This document shows, in pieces, positions 35,454-52,420 of a stretch of DNA of 64,000 nucleotides (positions within the stretch are counted from its first letter, which is position 1; every line of letters starts with the position of its first letter). The stretch lies in the NCBI RefSeq assembly GCF_009914755.1, contig NC_060942.1; one strand, written 5' to 3'. A program made the position numbers and the translations under genes. The notes beneath the pieces were generated by a model. That model ran no database searches, was not told where the DNA came from, and saw nothing but the letters and a program-made list of their open reading frames with translations. Source of the DNA: the human T2T-CHM13v2.0 reference genome, Homo sapiens.

Positions 35454-35458
35454 GTAGG

Positions 35459-35894
35459 TGTCACGTGTGTCCGTGTGAAGAGACCACCAGACAGGCTTTG
35501 TGCAAGCAACAAGGCTGTTTATTTCACCTGGGTGCAGGTGGGCTGAGTCCGAAAAGAGAGTCAGCAAAGGGTGGTGGGCTTTTCATTAGTTCTTATAGGT
35601 TTTGGTATAGGCGGTGGAGTTAGGAGCAATGTTTTGCGGGGGGCAGTGGGTGGATCTCACAAAGTACATTCTCAAGGGTGGGGAGAATTACAAAGAAACT
35701 TCTTAAGGGTGGGGGAGATTACAAAGTACATTGATCAGTTAGGGTGGGGCAGAAACAAATCACAATGGTGGAACGTCATCAGTTAAGGCTATTTTCACTT
35801 CTTTTGTGGATCTTCAGTTGCTTCAGGCCATCTGGATGTATATGTGCAGGTCACAGGGGATATGATGGCTTAGCTTGGGCTCAGAGGCCTGACA
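35459..35894 (-). mobile_element. Solo HERV-H LTR (LTR7 family, probably LTR7B/type II), full length 436 bp
   Basis: Minus strand begins TGTCAGGCCTCTGAGCCCAAGCTAAGCCATCATATCCCC and ends CTCTTCACACGGACACACGTGACA; 5-bp TSD GTAGG at 35454-35458 and 35895-35899. Confidence 0.9.
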
Positions 35895-36348
35895 GTAGGT
35901 TTATTTACTTAATTTCTCAATTCCTCATTGCTATGTAACGATTTATTAGTTTTCTGTCTTTAACCCTCTTTTCAAAGAATTTCCAAAGAAAAATAAACTG
36001 AAAGAAATAGTTTTCTTCCCTAAATACAGTTGATTTAAGCTGGTTTAATATGGATCAAATTCTACTGGGACAAATACCATGAAAACTGGTATGTTCCACT
36101 GGCAAAAACATCCTTAGTCCTCAGCTGATGGGCAGCAGAGTTCAATAAATGCACTGTCAGATTTCCATGGAATCTGTATTCAACAGGAAAATTTGTTTGT
36201 CTGCAAATTAGTAGTAATTGGATCCTATAAATCAGAGTGCTAATGGTAATGATAAAAATAAAACAGTACGTGACCAGGAAAGGAACTTGGTTGAAGCTCT
36301 GGGCCATGGCCATTCTGCTGGGAGGGAGGCAGGAAGAATGACGATCTC

Positions 36349-39761
<3,413 letters not shown>

Positions 39762-41772
39762 TCACAAAGGTCCTGGGGAAGGAGGGGCGTCGCAGTGTGT
39801 GAAGAGCCTCAAAGAGCCCAAAGGTGTTGTGTGGAGTGAAGTGAGCCACGTGGACAGTGGGAGGAATGAGGTCAGAGACGGGCGGAGGCTGCCCTAAGGA
39901 CTCTCCCTGTTGTTCTGAGACATAAACCTCTGAAGGGTCCCAGCAAGGGAGTGGCATGGGCAGATTTACATCTTGCAAGACTCACTCTGGCTGCAGGGCA
40001 GAGAATGGCTGTAAGGTCCAGATAGGGGGAGACCATTTGGGAGCTATTGCAAGTTATAAGAAAATCCCCAAACCCAACTTCTAGGGGTAAGTCAGGACAG
40101 AGATTATCTAACAGGAAAGGAAGAGAGTAAAGCTCTAGAACTGTAGAACTGCCTGGTTATGTCAACTAGCAGCTACATTTTAAAAATTAGGGTTTTTTTT
40201 TTTTATACCTTGTGATAAAAATGTCTAACTATAACAGAAGCTTATAACTAAAATAAAGGGTCCCCCTTCTAGTCTCACTCCCCCCAGGACACCTGTATTT
40301 AACAGTTTCTTAGGAATTCTTGCAGAATCTTTCCATGTATTTATAAGCACTGTTCTTCTCCTGCACGCATAGGATTGCAGTATATACTTCACTGTTTGTA
40401 CGTGGTGTTTTCATTTATAATACAGAATTGGCCTATTTCTCTATAAGCACACAAGAACCCACATCCCTGATGTTAAAGGTTATCAGTATGGCACAGTGGG
40501 GTACCATTATGTATTTAACTTGTCCCCATTAGTGGACATGGAGCTAATGTCCAAATTCTTTGCTGTCTTAGACAATGGGATAATCTCTATATATTTTTGT
40601 GCACTTGTATAGACATGTTTGTGGGCTAAATTCCTACAAGTGGAATGGGGGGTTTTGGGCATTTAACATTTAATGTGCATTTTCCAATTTACCTTCCCAC
40701 CCACCAGGTATGAGAATCCCTGCTTCTCACCCCTCCACCACACTGGCCAGTATCCCACATTTTAATCTTTGAAAACCCACTTTGACTTTTATTCTCTTGG
40801 AAACTTGGACAAAAATGTAGCACCTGTATATTTGAGGGTGGTTTAAATATTTCAAACTGTTTTCTTGTTAGATTTTCAAAAAAATCTTAGAAAGCAGAAA
40901 CCCTCATTTCCCTTTTAGAGGAGAGGAAAGAGGAGACATTACATGATTTTCTCAGTGTGAAAAGTTTAGATGAACTTGCTACTCAAGGCGTGGCCCACCC
41001 AACAGCCTGCAGACTCCAAGTCTGCATTTTAACAAGCACCCTGGGGAGGGGGGATTTGGCAGAGGTGAGGGATGCTGCCTGGAGTGGGGGGCAGGGGAAT
41101 GCTCCCTTCTGCTCTCCTTCTGAAGGGAGCAGCGCTGGCTACTTTCCCCGGGGAGGGGAGGTGACAGATGGTGGGAAGGATGATCAAAAAGGCGGGGCCG
41201 GAGGCTTGTAGGGGCAGCTGCGGGGCAGCATGGTCAGATGGCAAACATGGCAGGACCCAGTGCCTAGGACCCAGGGAGGCTGTTGCCTGAGCAAACCCGC
41301 AGGCGAGCTGATCTGGGAAGCTGTGTCTTGACAGAGTTGCCTGCCTTTTCTGTATGACATTGATCAACAATTCCACTCCCTCTCCTAGAATGCCTACCGC
41401 CCTCCCACCCACCGGACACTCTCTATGTAGGACGTTCTCATTGTGGGGAGAACAGGGGAATCAATGGTCTCCGTCCCCAGGTGCAGACCAGAGGCTTGGT
41501 GCTGAGCCCCTCTCTGCAGGGGATGTACCTCTAAGTGGAGACGCTCCAAGTCCTGCCAGTTCCCATCTGTGACCACCACCCCAGCCCCCACCCTCTCACC
41601 TAGGTGTCTGGAGGTACTGCTGGGCCATTGTTCTGCCCTAGTTGAGCCAAAACTACCCTGGATTTTTAGCTATATTCTTTTAGAAGAGGGCTCTGACCCC
41701 AGCCCATGCAGAATCCATGCCAGTATTATATGCGCCTCCAGGCTGCAATCTCATTTCTAAACTCTAAACCCA

Positions 41773-42070
41773 CACTGTCCAGCAAATAGCCACCAGGTAA
41801 GTGGGTAAGTGAGATGTGCTATGTGTGCAAAGCCCACACTGGGCTCTGAAGACTCAGTAAAAGGGAAAAGAATGTCAAATAGCTTATTAACAATGTTTCA
41901 TATTGGGTACGTATTTGTAATGATAATATTTTGGATATATTGGTCTAAATAAATAACATTAAAATGATTTGTACCTATTTCTTTTTACCTTTTAAATTGT
42001 GGCTGCTGGAAAGTGTAAAACTGGGGGCAGCTGTGCTTGCATCCTGTTTCTGTTGAACAGCGCTGGTCTA
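41773..42070. mobile_element. MER33/MER3-like hAT element
   Basis: cactgtccagcaaatagccacc...aatgataatattttggatatattgg...cagcgctggtcta. Confidence 0.65.
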
Positions 42071-42779
42071 GACACCTTACTCCTGATTCTTCCCCTTTGT
42101 AGCTGCTTCAGATCTTGCTTGGAGGAGGTAGGGCGTGAAGGAAGGGAGAAATGAAGCAAGTGAGGGAGGGAAGGAAGAAAGAGTTTTTCATCGTGTGAGG
42201 CCATGTGGAAAGAACATGAACCAGTGTCAGATCTTGGTACTGCTATGTGGTTGGTGACCTTGGGCAAGTCACCCTATCTTCTCTTAGCTATAATTTCTTC
42301 ATAAAATGGAGGTCATAGCTACCTTGCAGGATTGTTTTGAGGTTTAGAAATCTCTAGCAGGCTCCTCCCACAGTGGTTGGCCTATATGACTTGCTCAATA
42401 AATAACAGTATTTTTAGTGGAACATGGTGGCATGCGCCTGCAGTTCTAGCTAATTGGGAGGTTGAGGTGAGAGGATCGCTTGAGCCCAGGAGGTGGAAGT
42501 CAGGGCCGTAGTGAGTGAGACCCTGTCTCTTAAAAAAAGAGAAATAAATAGCAGTATTTTTGCAGCAGTAGCACCTGAGCCAGTACATGATAGGTGCTCA
42601 GTAAGTGATCTGGAACTCGTGGATGCTTGAACGTTTGAGGTGTGGCTGGGTGGCAGCTGCCCACGGTACAAACAATCTGTTTTAGAGCACCTTATGCCCC
42701 ACCCGCCACGTGCCCACTGAGATGACTGGAGGGACCCCGGTGGAAAGTCACCTTCTTTCTCTCGGTTCTCTCCTGCCAG

Positions 42780-42945
42780 GTTGCAGCCTCTTCACCTGTA
42801 TTCAATGTGCTTGTTGGTTGGACTGTTCTCTCTTGTTCCCTGGGGACCTGTCTGGGAAATGCCCAAATTCCACTGGGATAACTGCCGGCAAGCATGGTGG
42901 ACGAATCTGCTGTTGCTAAATAACTTTGTGTCGGTCAAGAATGCG
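42780..42945 (+). pseudogene. OACYLP: Exon H: [55 protein letters not shown]
   Basis: tctcctgccag acceptor, gtgagt donor, 166 nt, phase 2 to 0; GP.W...C...WW.NLL..NN motif. Confidence 0.9.
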
Positions 42946-44438
42946 GTGAGTCTCAAGTTGCTGGCTTTGAAAAGGCAGAAGGGTGCAAACCTGGAGTCTC
43001 ATTTCTTCAAGCAGTGTGGTGAACTTTCCAAGGGCCAACCTGATTCTGGTATTTTCTCTGGAGTACTGGTGATGCTGTAGGAAGGTGGGCTGTGTGAGTG
43101 GGGGATGGCTTCTTGCCATGCAGTGGGTGTAACCCTACCAGGCTATGCAGAGGGCAGCCGCTGTGAACAGCAGAGGGAGGGGAGCATAGCATTGGCCAAC
43201 AAGGGGCCAGTCATCCTGGCACATGTCCCGGAGGCAGCTGACCCTGCCCCATCACTGTTCTTGTGCCAGGCCATGTTGCCCAACCGGGAAAGGACAAATT
43301 ATTCACCTCCGCCTGTTGAGTCTCTACTGCAATGGGACATCGCATCACACCCTTACTATGTGGAATTCTACTCAAGTTCAAAGATCTTGTTGCTTTGGAG
43401 CAACAAGATCTATGTGCGTCTTGGCTTCTCCAAAGCCCCAGTTTCCTCGTAATGCATTTGAAGCAAGTGAAAGTGAAACAGCTGTAATGAAATTATATCA
43501 CCAATTCCACATATGCCTTGAAATCAAGGCTGAAAAGGGAATCGCTAAAGCGTGGCAGGGCCCTAATCTTTGCACGTAACAACTGACTAACTAGATGGCT
43601 GCCTTCCATTTGCAAAGGCCCAGCCATATGGACAGGCTTGCATCACCAGCTACCTGCCTGCAGGTAGGGCCCGCTTGTCTGTGATGGGGTACCCAGGGGA
43701 TAATCTGGGCTGTTTTCCCTGATGCAAACTGATTTGGGCCACTTGCAGGAAGCAGTGGCAAGGATACCAGCCAGTGGCCTTTTTGAGGTAGAGCCCACCT
43801 TAGATCCTTGAAAGCAGAGGTGCCAGGGCCCTTTGGAGAGAATTGCCCCCAGGCGCTTCCTCACATTGACGAAAAAAATACTGGTAACCATCTCATCTGG
43901 CACAAGCATGGACTGTCTGTGGAACTCATTTTGACCATGTCAATCATCCATGGGAACTCTGGGGTTCTCCACAAAACATCATCTGGAGCCAAGCCCTGGT
44001 TCTAAATGAACATGTTCTTTCCACCTAGAGTTGGGGCATGGGGAGAGGCAAAGAAAAGAGAAAAACGTTGACCCCTCTGACTTCCAACCGCACCATAATG
44101 ATGAGAAACTCTTACATTCCCGTAACATGACAGAGTTCATTTCCCACAACTGTCCTAGGAGATGGGCTATGATCATTTTGCTTTTTTAAACAAAAGAGAA
44201 AATTTGTCTGAATCTCCATTTTGTAAAATGGCAGCAATAATACCCACCATCCAGGCTTGGTACAAGGCTCAAGATGAGGGATGTGAAATATGAATATCTC
44301 TAACTCAATTTCCTTTGTCTTCCCATGGAAATTCGCCCCACCCACCTACTAAATTCTTCCTCCTAGTCCAGGCAGGTGGAGAGTGTGGAGCAGAACTGGT
44401 AAATGAAGGAAGAGTGACCTTTGCTGCTCTCTTTTCAG

Positions 44439-44518
44439 TGCAATGGCTGGACCTGGTACCTTGCCAATGACTTCCAGTTCCACCTCACCACACCAGTGAT
44501 TATCTTCATCCATGTAAA
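44439..44518 (+). pseudogene. OACYLP: Exon I: [27 protein letters not shown]
   Basis: ctcttttcag acceptor, gtgagt donor, 80 nt, phase 0 to 2; WYLxxDxQF motif. Confidence 0.9.
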
Positions 44519-45365
44519 GTGAGTCTGATTGGGACAAGCTTTTCTCCTCATGTGCCCTCTTTCACAAAACCCTCAGAAAGTATCCCAGTTCCGTGCAGAG
44601 CTGCTTTTTAAAATCTAGGAAACTTTACAGAAAAGTAAATACCAAATCCTCTACGGTCTGCCTTCTTCTGCATTCTTTTCCAACATTGATCCTACGCCAG
44701 TCAGTGTGTGTTTTGCAGAGTTACAATCAGTGTGTGCATGTAATATCTAGTGCTCAGCTTTTTCCATTTAACTGTTCTTATAAACATTGCCACATATTGA
44801 CATAACCTGCATACTTGGCAGTTTTAGGGTTTATCTACCATTTTTATGGTTGGGTATCTAGATTGTGGCCAATTTTTCATGATTATAAATGTCACTGCAA
44901 TGCATGCCTTTGAACACACTACTTTTTCTCTTAGTTATTTTCACAGGGGCAGATTTCCAACTGGAATTGCTAGGTCAAAGGGTAGGAACAATTCTGTGGC
45001 ACTTGTCACATATTGTGAGATTGCTCTCCAGAAAGAGTGAAGTAATTTACAACGCCCTCAGCCATGTATCGGTGCACCAGCTTTCCCACATTGGATATTT
45101 ATCACCTTAATTTTTGTTAGTTTTAGAAACACCTTAAGGCCTCAATAATTCATGGAGAGACTTGTAGTTGTGGATTATTCATGCCATATTTTAAAAATTT
45201 ATTGTTCTTTGTGTTAAAATATATGTTCAATTTAAGAAACATTGGAAAACATTAGGAGTTAAGAGAGGGGGGAATAATCACCCCAGTTCCACTTTGTCAG
45301 TCAAGGGAAGGAGAATTTGCTGCTAATATTTTGGGGCTTATCCTTCTGATATTTTTTCTGCCCAG

Positions 45366-45396
<31 letters not shown>

Positions 45397-45586
45397 ATGA
45401 GGGTCTCACTCTGTCACCCAGGCTGCTATAGTGCGGTGGTGCCATCATAGCTCACTGCAGCCTCCAACTCCTGGGCTCAAACGATTCTCCTGCCTCAACC
45501 TCTCGAGTAACAGGCATGGACCACTGCACCTTGCTAATTTTTTACCTTCTGTAAAGAGATGAGGTCTTGCCGTGTTGCCCAGGCTG
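45366..45586 (-). mobile_element. Partial Alu (AluJ-like)
   Basis: Poly-T plus reverse Alu with deletions. Confidence 0.8.
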
Positions 45587-47471
45587 TGCCCTGCTTTTGA
45601 TACATGAAAGCATTCTGTATATACACCTTGGTATCTTTCTTTCAATAGTTTTATGACACATGCATTTCCCTATATTATTTTATTTTTAAAGCAACATAAT
45701 TTAAATGTCTGCATAACATTCCATTCCATGAACTAACTATATAATTTATGTATACCTTCTATTGTTTAATACTGGGATTATTTCCAATGTTATGCATTCA
45801 TAAATAATGGCTTGATAAATATTTTCATGGAAACCATTTGTCTCCAACTTTGATACTTCTCTACAACATATATCTTTGAGGGGAATTAATAGGTCAAAGG
45901 GCATGAATGTCTTTTACGCTCTTGAATCATAATGATAAATCACTTTCCGTAGAGGGAACATCAATATTCAGTCCTCTAGTCATCCAATTTAACTGTTGCC
46001 AGAATGGAATATTAATAATAAAACAAAACATCTGAGTCTTCACATGTTCTTCCTTCTGTGTCCAAGTTTCCTCTTCTTATAAGGACACAGTCATATTGGA
46101 TTAAGGCCCACCCCAATGACCTCGTTTAATGTTAATTATTGCTTTAAAGACTCTATCTTCAAATACAGTCACACTCTGAATTACTGGGGGTTAGGATTTC
46201 AACATAGGACTTTGTTGGGGACATAATTCAGCCCATAACATTCAATGTCAGGAAGATTTATGAGTTTAGTTGAAATGGTGCTAGCTGGAAGAGACTTGTG
46301 GAGTCTGTGGTGGAGATACTGATCTTGGAAGTAGGTGCCAGGGACTGGGCTCAAGTCCCCCAGGGAGTTAAACACATATTTACTCGGGTGGCTGTGGGTT
46401 TTTATTGGATGGCCTGACTACCACTTACCTAGGACACTGAGTTCTTATGCCTCCGCACTCTAGACTTGCCTGGGAACCCATGTGAGTGTCCTTGTGACTG
46501 AGGAGCACTGGCCCCGTGTCAGCATCTTTCCCAAAGGCTGTCGTGGAAGGTGGATTTCAGTCCTTCAGCTGAAAACCCACACTGTCCAAACTTGTGACTA
46601 TGCAACAAGATTTAGCTTATAAGTGGAGGGAAATATAAAAGTAGGGCTTTTCTTCCTTTAGAGAATATAATTCCATGGAATGCCAGTGGAATCAGGTCTT
46701 TCTGGAGCTCAGTAATTCAAGGAGAGAAGAGCTAAGGGGTCTGGCAGAAGTCATAGTAAATATACATACAGCATTATTACCATAACCCCCTGCTTACCCT
46801 CATAGCAGACATTAGTAATCAATCATAGCATCATGGAGCTAGAATTCATCCTTCTTTCCAAATATTACACTAACATTGGTACTCTGGCTGAAAATAATTT
46901 TCTCCCTGTATCACTTGATAACTGAATAGTATCTATCTCATCCCTTCCTCATGAACAGCCATGGCAACTTTCACTAGCAGAATTGCACTGTCAAAGGCAT
47001 TTTCCAGGTCAGGCTGTGCCTGGATGGTCTCGCACTTGTGTTTGACATTTCTTCCACACCACTGTGGATCCTCTTAATCCCAACCCTCACACTTCGGAGC
47101 AGGTACAACCAGACAGCGCCTCACTCTGGGTGCTTCAGGAAACATCCTAGTCTTATACATGCACGGTCCCAAAGTGTGGAGGAATTAATTTGTGTGGGAC
47201 CATCCTTAACCCATTTGAGATAGAAGACAGTGGGAAAATACTTCTGTCTTTCATCTCACAGGACAGTTTTAAGGTACATTTCATATGGCCCTGTGGAACA
47301 TTCTGGAAGAACTGAGCATTGGCCACCTTGATAGCACATCCTGGTATTGGTTTTCCCTGCTTCCCTGTTCTCCTACCCTATCCCTCATTCCTACACCCAC
47401 GTGAACTACCTGCACCCGGACATTTGTCTCAGGCTCTGCTCCTCAGTTGAAGGCGTGCCTGGTTCCCCCTC

Positions 47472-47850
47472 TGCATTAGTCCGTTTTCACATGCTATAAA
47501 GAACTACCTGAGACTGGGTAATTTATAAAGAAAAGAGGTTTAATTGACTCATGGTTCTGCAGGCTGTGCAGGCTTCTGCTTCTGGGAAGGCCTCAGGAAA
47601 CTTACAATCAGGGCAGATGGGGAACCAGGCACATCTTAATATGGTGGGAGCAGGAGGAAGAGAGCAAAGCGGGGAGGTGCTACACACTTTTAAACAGCCA
47701 GATCTCATGAGAATTCACTCACTATCACAAGAACAGCAAGGGGGAAATCCATCCCCACGATCCAGTCACCTCCTATCAGGCCCCACTTCAACACTGGGGA
47801 TTACAATTCCACATGAGATATGGGCAGGGACAAAGATCCAAACCATACCA
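47472..47850 (-). mobile_element. THE1/MSTA-type MaLR solo LTR
   Basis: tgcattagtccgttttcac...gagactgggtaatttataaagaaaagaggtttaattgactca...aaaccatacca. Confidence 0.85.
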
Positions 47851-48315
47851 TCCTCCTTCTCGATCCTCTCTCCCCTGTGCTTGGAGTGGGTCCACCCCGT
47901 GTCCCACCCTGCCTTTGACAGTCCTCTCTCCCAAATCAACCACCACTTGTATCCATATCGGGTTTCATAGGTGACAAGGGACGTTCCCAGGCATGGACTC
48001 CTTTTGAGCTGCATAGTAAGCCTCAGGGTGGGCAGGCGAGGATGCGATTACTGTTCCTGTCTAGACCAGGAAACTCAAGCTCAAGGCCCTGCCCGGTGTG
48101 GCACAACTAATGGATGGTCAAGACCGAGGCTGCCTCAGGTCCTCCAGCCCCAGCCCCGCTCTCCCTGCCACTCATCAGCCTCTCAAAAGCAGGGCCTCTC
48201 AAAAGCAGGAAGTACCTCTGATGGTCAGGATTTCCAGCCTTTCGTGCCATAGGAAGCGCATGTGTGGGGCAAGAAACTGAAGGGCACTCCTCTCCGTGTC
48301 CTCTCTTCTTTGCAG

Positions 48316-48429
48316 GAGTACACAGATCCTCATCCTCCTTGGGGCCATGCTGTTCTTGGCATCTTTCACAGCCACTGCTCTGATCACCTTGGCATATAAA
48401 CTTCCTGTCGTGGCTCCATCAGAAACCAG
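48316..48429 (+). pseudogene. OACYLP: Exon J: STQILILLGAMLFLASFTATALITLAYKLPVVAPSETS
   Basis: ctcttctttgcag acceptor, gtaatg donor, 114 nt, phase 2 to 2; hydrophobic TM helix. Confidence 0.86.
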
Positions 48430-49831
48430 GTAATGCGGTTCCCCAGCCTGCCCCTTTCTGGCCAGGACTTCCCGGGGAGGGCTGCTGAATGCCAGGCTGT
48501 TCACCCTGTGCCCTTTGGTTCATGGAAAAAGTGGGTATGAAACTTTTGGTCTGGATGGGAAAGCTGATTGCCTTCTTGCTTCCAAACTTCTGAACCTTTC
48601 AACCTGCACTGGTAGGTCCTCTCTGAACTCAACGTTGCCCATTGAAACGCTTCCCAGAGGAAAGGAGCGCCCCCATGTGGCTGTACTGTGTTTCTCCTCC
48701 AGCAGCCAATTGCTGCTTGGTGGCTCTGTTGGATGGAGAGACTGAACCTACGTCTTCAAGGTCACACAACTAGTAGGTGGCACAGGTGTGATTTGAACTT
48801 AGAAGCCAATCCACAGTGCTATTTCCCCTCCCCAATGAGGCATGTATGACACTTACACAGGAAAAACTGTTATGATTACCTGCTAATCTTCTCTCAATGC
48901 AGTGACACAAATGAAAATCAGATTATGTCAGTCATCTGCTTGAATTCCTCCAGTGGCCTCATTGGTCACCCTCCTACCTGCTGACACTGGACCAGCCACA
49001 CCAACTCATCTCAACGCACCAAGCACGCTCCCCGAACCCCCTTCCCCACCCTCCCCAACCCGGGGCCTTAGCACTTGCTTTTGAGCCTGAATTACTCTTC
49101 TGTTAAAATCTAAGATCTTGGCAGGGCTTTCTCCTTCACATCTTTCAGGTGTCTGTGCAAATGTCACCTTCTCAGAGCAGCCTTTGCCGATCTTCCAAAA
49201 TAAAATGGCCAGAACCGTTCCTGGTATGTGAGTGTTCCATGTGAATCTGTGAGTGGGTGGCATATGAGAATAAATGAATGAATTGGTGACAACATCCCAA
49301 GCCTCCTGACCAGGAGACTATCATGCCCTTCCCATATCATGGCATGGTGAAGTGATTGAGGAGGAGGCTCACTCATGTCCAGCCCAGCGGTTTTCAACCC
49401 TGGCCACATATTAGAGTCACTTGGGAGCTTCTAAATCTACTGATGCTTTCATCCCCACCCACCTCCGAACAACTGAATCAGAATCTCTGGGCATGGGGCC
49501 CAGGCAGCGGACTTTTGTAAGCATTCCCAGGGTGCTTACAAATTCTAATTTGCAGAATAAATTCTTATGTGCAGCCACAGTTGAAGAACCATACGTCTAG
49601 TCCTCAAACACCTTCCCTTCCTCCAGTGGTCCCTGCATGGGCAGCTAGGGGCTGAGAGTGCGTCTAGCTTCAGTGGGGAATGGTGATAATTTTAACGGTG
49701 ATAAATTTAAAGCAGGGGTTCTCAATCTGCCTTTGGGAAACTCAGGAGAGTTTTAAAATTTCTAGTCCCTGAGTCCATGTGCAGAGATGATGATTCCCTG
49801 GGCTTGGGTATAACCTGGATGCCTCCCGTGA

Positions 49832-50297
<466 letters not shown>

Positions 50298-50761
50298 TGA
50301 CGCAGCTGTTGATGTCAAGGGACGAAACCTTGAAAAACACAGCTTCAAAGAATAGTTTTTGGTGTCCTTTTAATAGCCTGGCCTGGACCTCTCATCACTT
50401 CTCTCTCAGGACAGTCTCTGTCCTTGGGACCCTTGGGTTCACATCTGGGTGCTACATTTTTAGAACATTCTGACATATTGGCCACCAGACACAGCTATTT
50501 AAAATGAATACACTCATGATATTTCCTTGGGATCTGGGGTGGAGGGGCCTGAGGGAATTTGGAACCTAAACAAGCCAACTTTGGCTGAGGTGGGGCCATG
50601 AGGTCACTGTTTGCGCACCATGACTAAGGAAATGAACAAGTGTGCCCTAAATGTACCTTTGGGCTTGCTGATTATTCCAATGGACATCTCAGGGATTTGG
50701 ATTCCCTTTGCCATGTCCAGATCAAACATAACATTTTGGCTTATTTCCTTGTATTTTTCAG

Positions 50762-50894
50762 TGAAGAGGCGATTGTATTGTATTTCGTGGAGTACTACAC
50801 AAAGCCCTACTGCCGATTTGGGCCAGTTCTTGTGGGCCTCTTTCTGAGCATTTACATGCACCAAAACCACCAGGAAAACATTCTCAGAACCAAG
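50762..50894 (+). pseudogene. OACYLP: Exon K: [44 protein letters not shown]
   Basis: tttttcag acceptor, gtatga donor, 133 nt, phase 2 to 0; Y.KP..R..P...G motif. Confidence 0.9.
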
Positions 50895-51499
50895 GTATGA
50901 TTTCCCGTGCCTCACTCTATGGGCATGGGTCTGGCTGGGACTGTGTGGCCCACCTGGCCAGGCTCTTCCAAAGCTGTGGATGAAGCAGTCAGCCTGCTGG
51001 GTACTGTATTGTGCTGTAGAGTGTTACTGATGTCTCTCTGTGCTAAAGAATCAGAAGGAATTGGCCAGGTGCAGTGGTTAACACCTGTAATCGCAGCACT
51101 TTGGGAGGCTGAGGCAGGAGGATCCCTTGAGTCCAGTTCAGGACCAGCTCAGGCAACATGGTGAAACCCCTGTCTTCATTTTTTTTTTTTTTAATTTAAA
51201 GATAAGGCCTTTATCTTCCTGCCAGAGCTTGATTCTCTGCTTTCTTCACTGACCTCTCCTTATGATCCTCCAGATTTGGAACCCAGTGTGGTCCCATCTG
51301 TAGGAGCTTTGGTACTGACCCAAAGAAACCACCAATGTGAGAAAACATACCCAGTGAGATTACAATGGCAAGACTTTCTTCTGGAAGAGGATACTGAGTT
51401 GGGTTGGATTTTTAACAGCACATGCTCAGTGGTTTCTATATACAAGATTCTTGGTCAGATTTGATGGTTGTGTCTGGGAATCAGGACGTGAGGTGTCTA

Positions 51500-52420
51500 G
51501 AGGGGAAGCTGTTACTTTGCTTTTCCAGATGTACCCCAAGCACTCATTTTCTTCTCTGGCTCCTTTGTGGGCAATCATTCTAGTTCACCATCCAATCTCG
51601 TTACTCAAGCTGGAAACCCGGGTTCATCTTGGATGCCTCCTCCTCACTGACCACTGCTCTCAGCCAATCATCCCCCATGCTCTGCCGATGGTTTCTCCTG
51701 CCATCCTCTCTCATCCTTTTGAACTGACCTTAAAGCTCTTCTCATCTCATGCCTGGATGTTGTCACTTGTTTCCTTGCCTCTAGTCTTATTGATCTCAAA
51801 TCTACTCTTGGGGTGATCTATTTAAGACACCACCTTGGCTGTGCCCTTGAACAGTGAAAAATCTTTCAATGACTTCCTTTTACATCCATGATAAGGCTTG
51901 ATCTGTTCAACAAGGCCTTCAGAGTTCCCATGACATCACTCTGCCTGTCTCTCTAGCATCATCTCTCTCACCACTCTCTGCCTTGCACTTTGCATATCAG
52001 TGATACCAACCTGCTCACAGTGCCCTTGACTGCCGCCACTGACACACACACAAGCTGTTCCTGGCATCTGTGCAGTTGCTCATGCTTCTTCCTCCGTCTG
52101 GAATCTGCCTCTACCCCCTCCCCTCTACTCACCTCTCCCTTTCATCTGACTTAACTCCTGTTTTGCCTAGAAGGCTCACCTAGACTTTTCACCTCCAGGA
52201 AGTCTTTCCTTATCCTTCCAGGCCAGGCTGTGTCCTTCTTTTTGGTTCCTCTGTGCACTGTATATTCCTGGGCCCTGGTTTGTACCGCATGATAAAGCAT
52301 TTATTCACCCCATAGACTGTGAGCTCCTGGAATTCACTACTTGTATCACCTCTGAATCGCCAGCATCTGGTTCTGAGATCCTGACTCACTGAAGGTACTC
52401 AACACATGAATGAATGAAAG
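51500..52420 (+). mobile_element. L2 3' fragment
   Basis: Pyrimidine-rich L2-type sequence ending in tgaatgaatgaa. Confidence 0.65.

Noticed and set aside
48515-48611. Possible extra exon ending at g|gtaggt (48612)
   Set aside because: No acceptor AG after the pyrimidine stretch, no family motif, and exons J and K already join in phase; at most an alternative donor extension.
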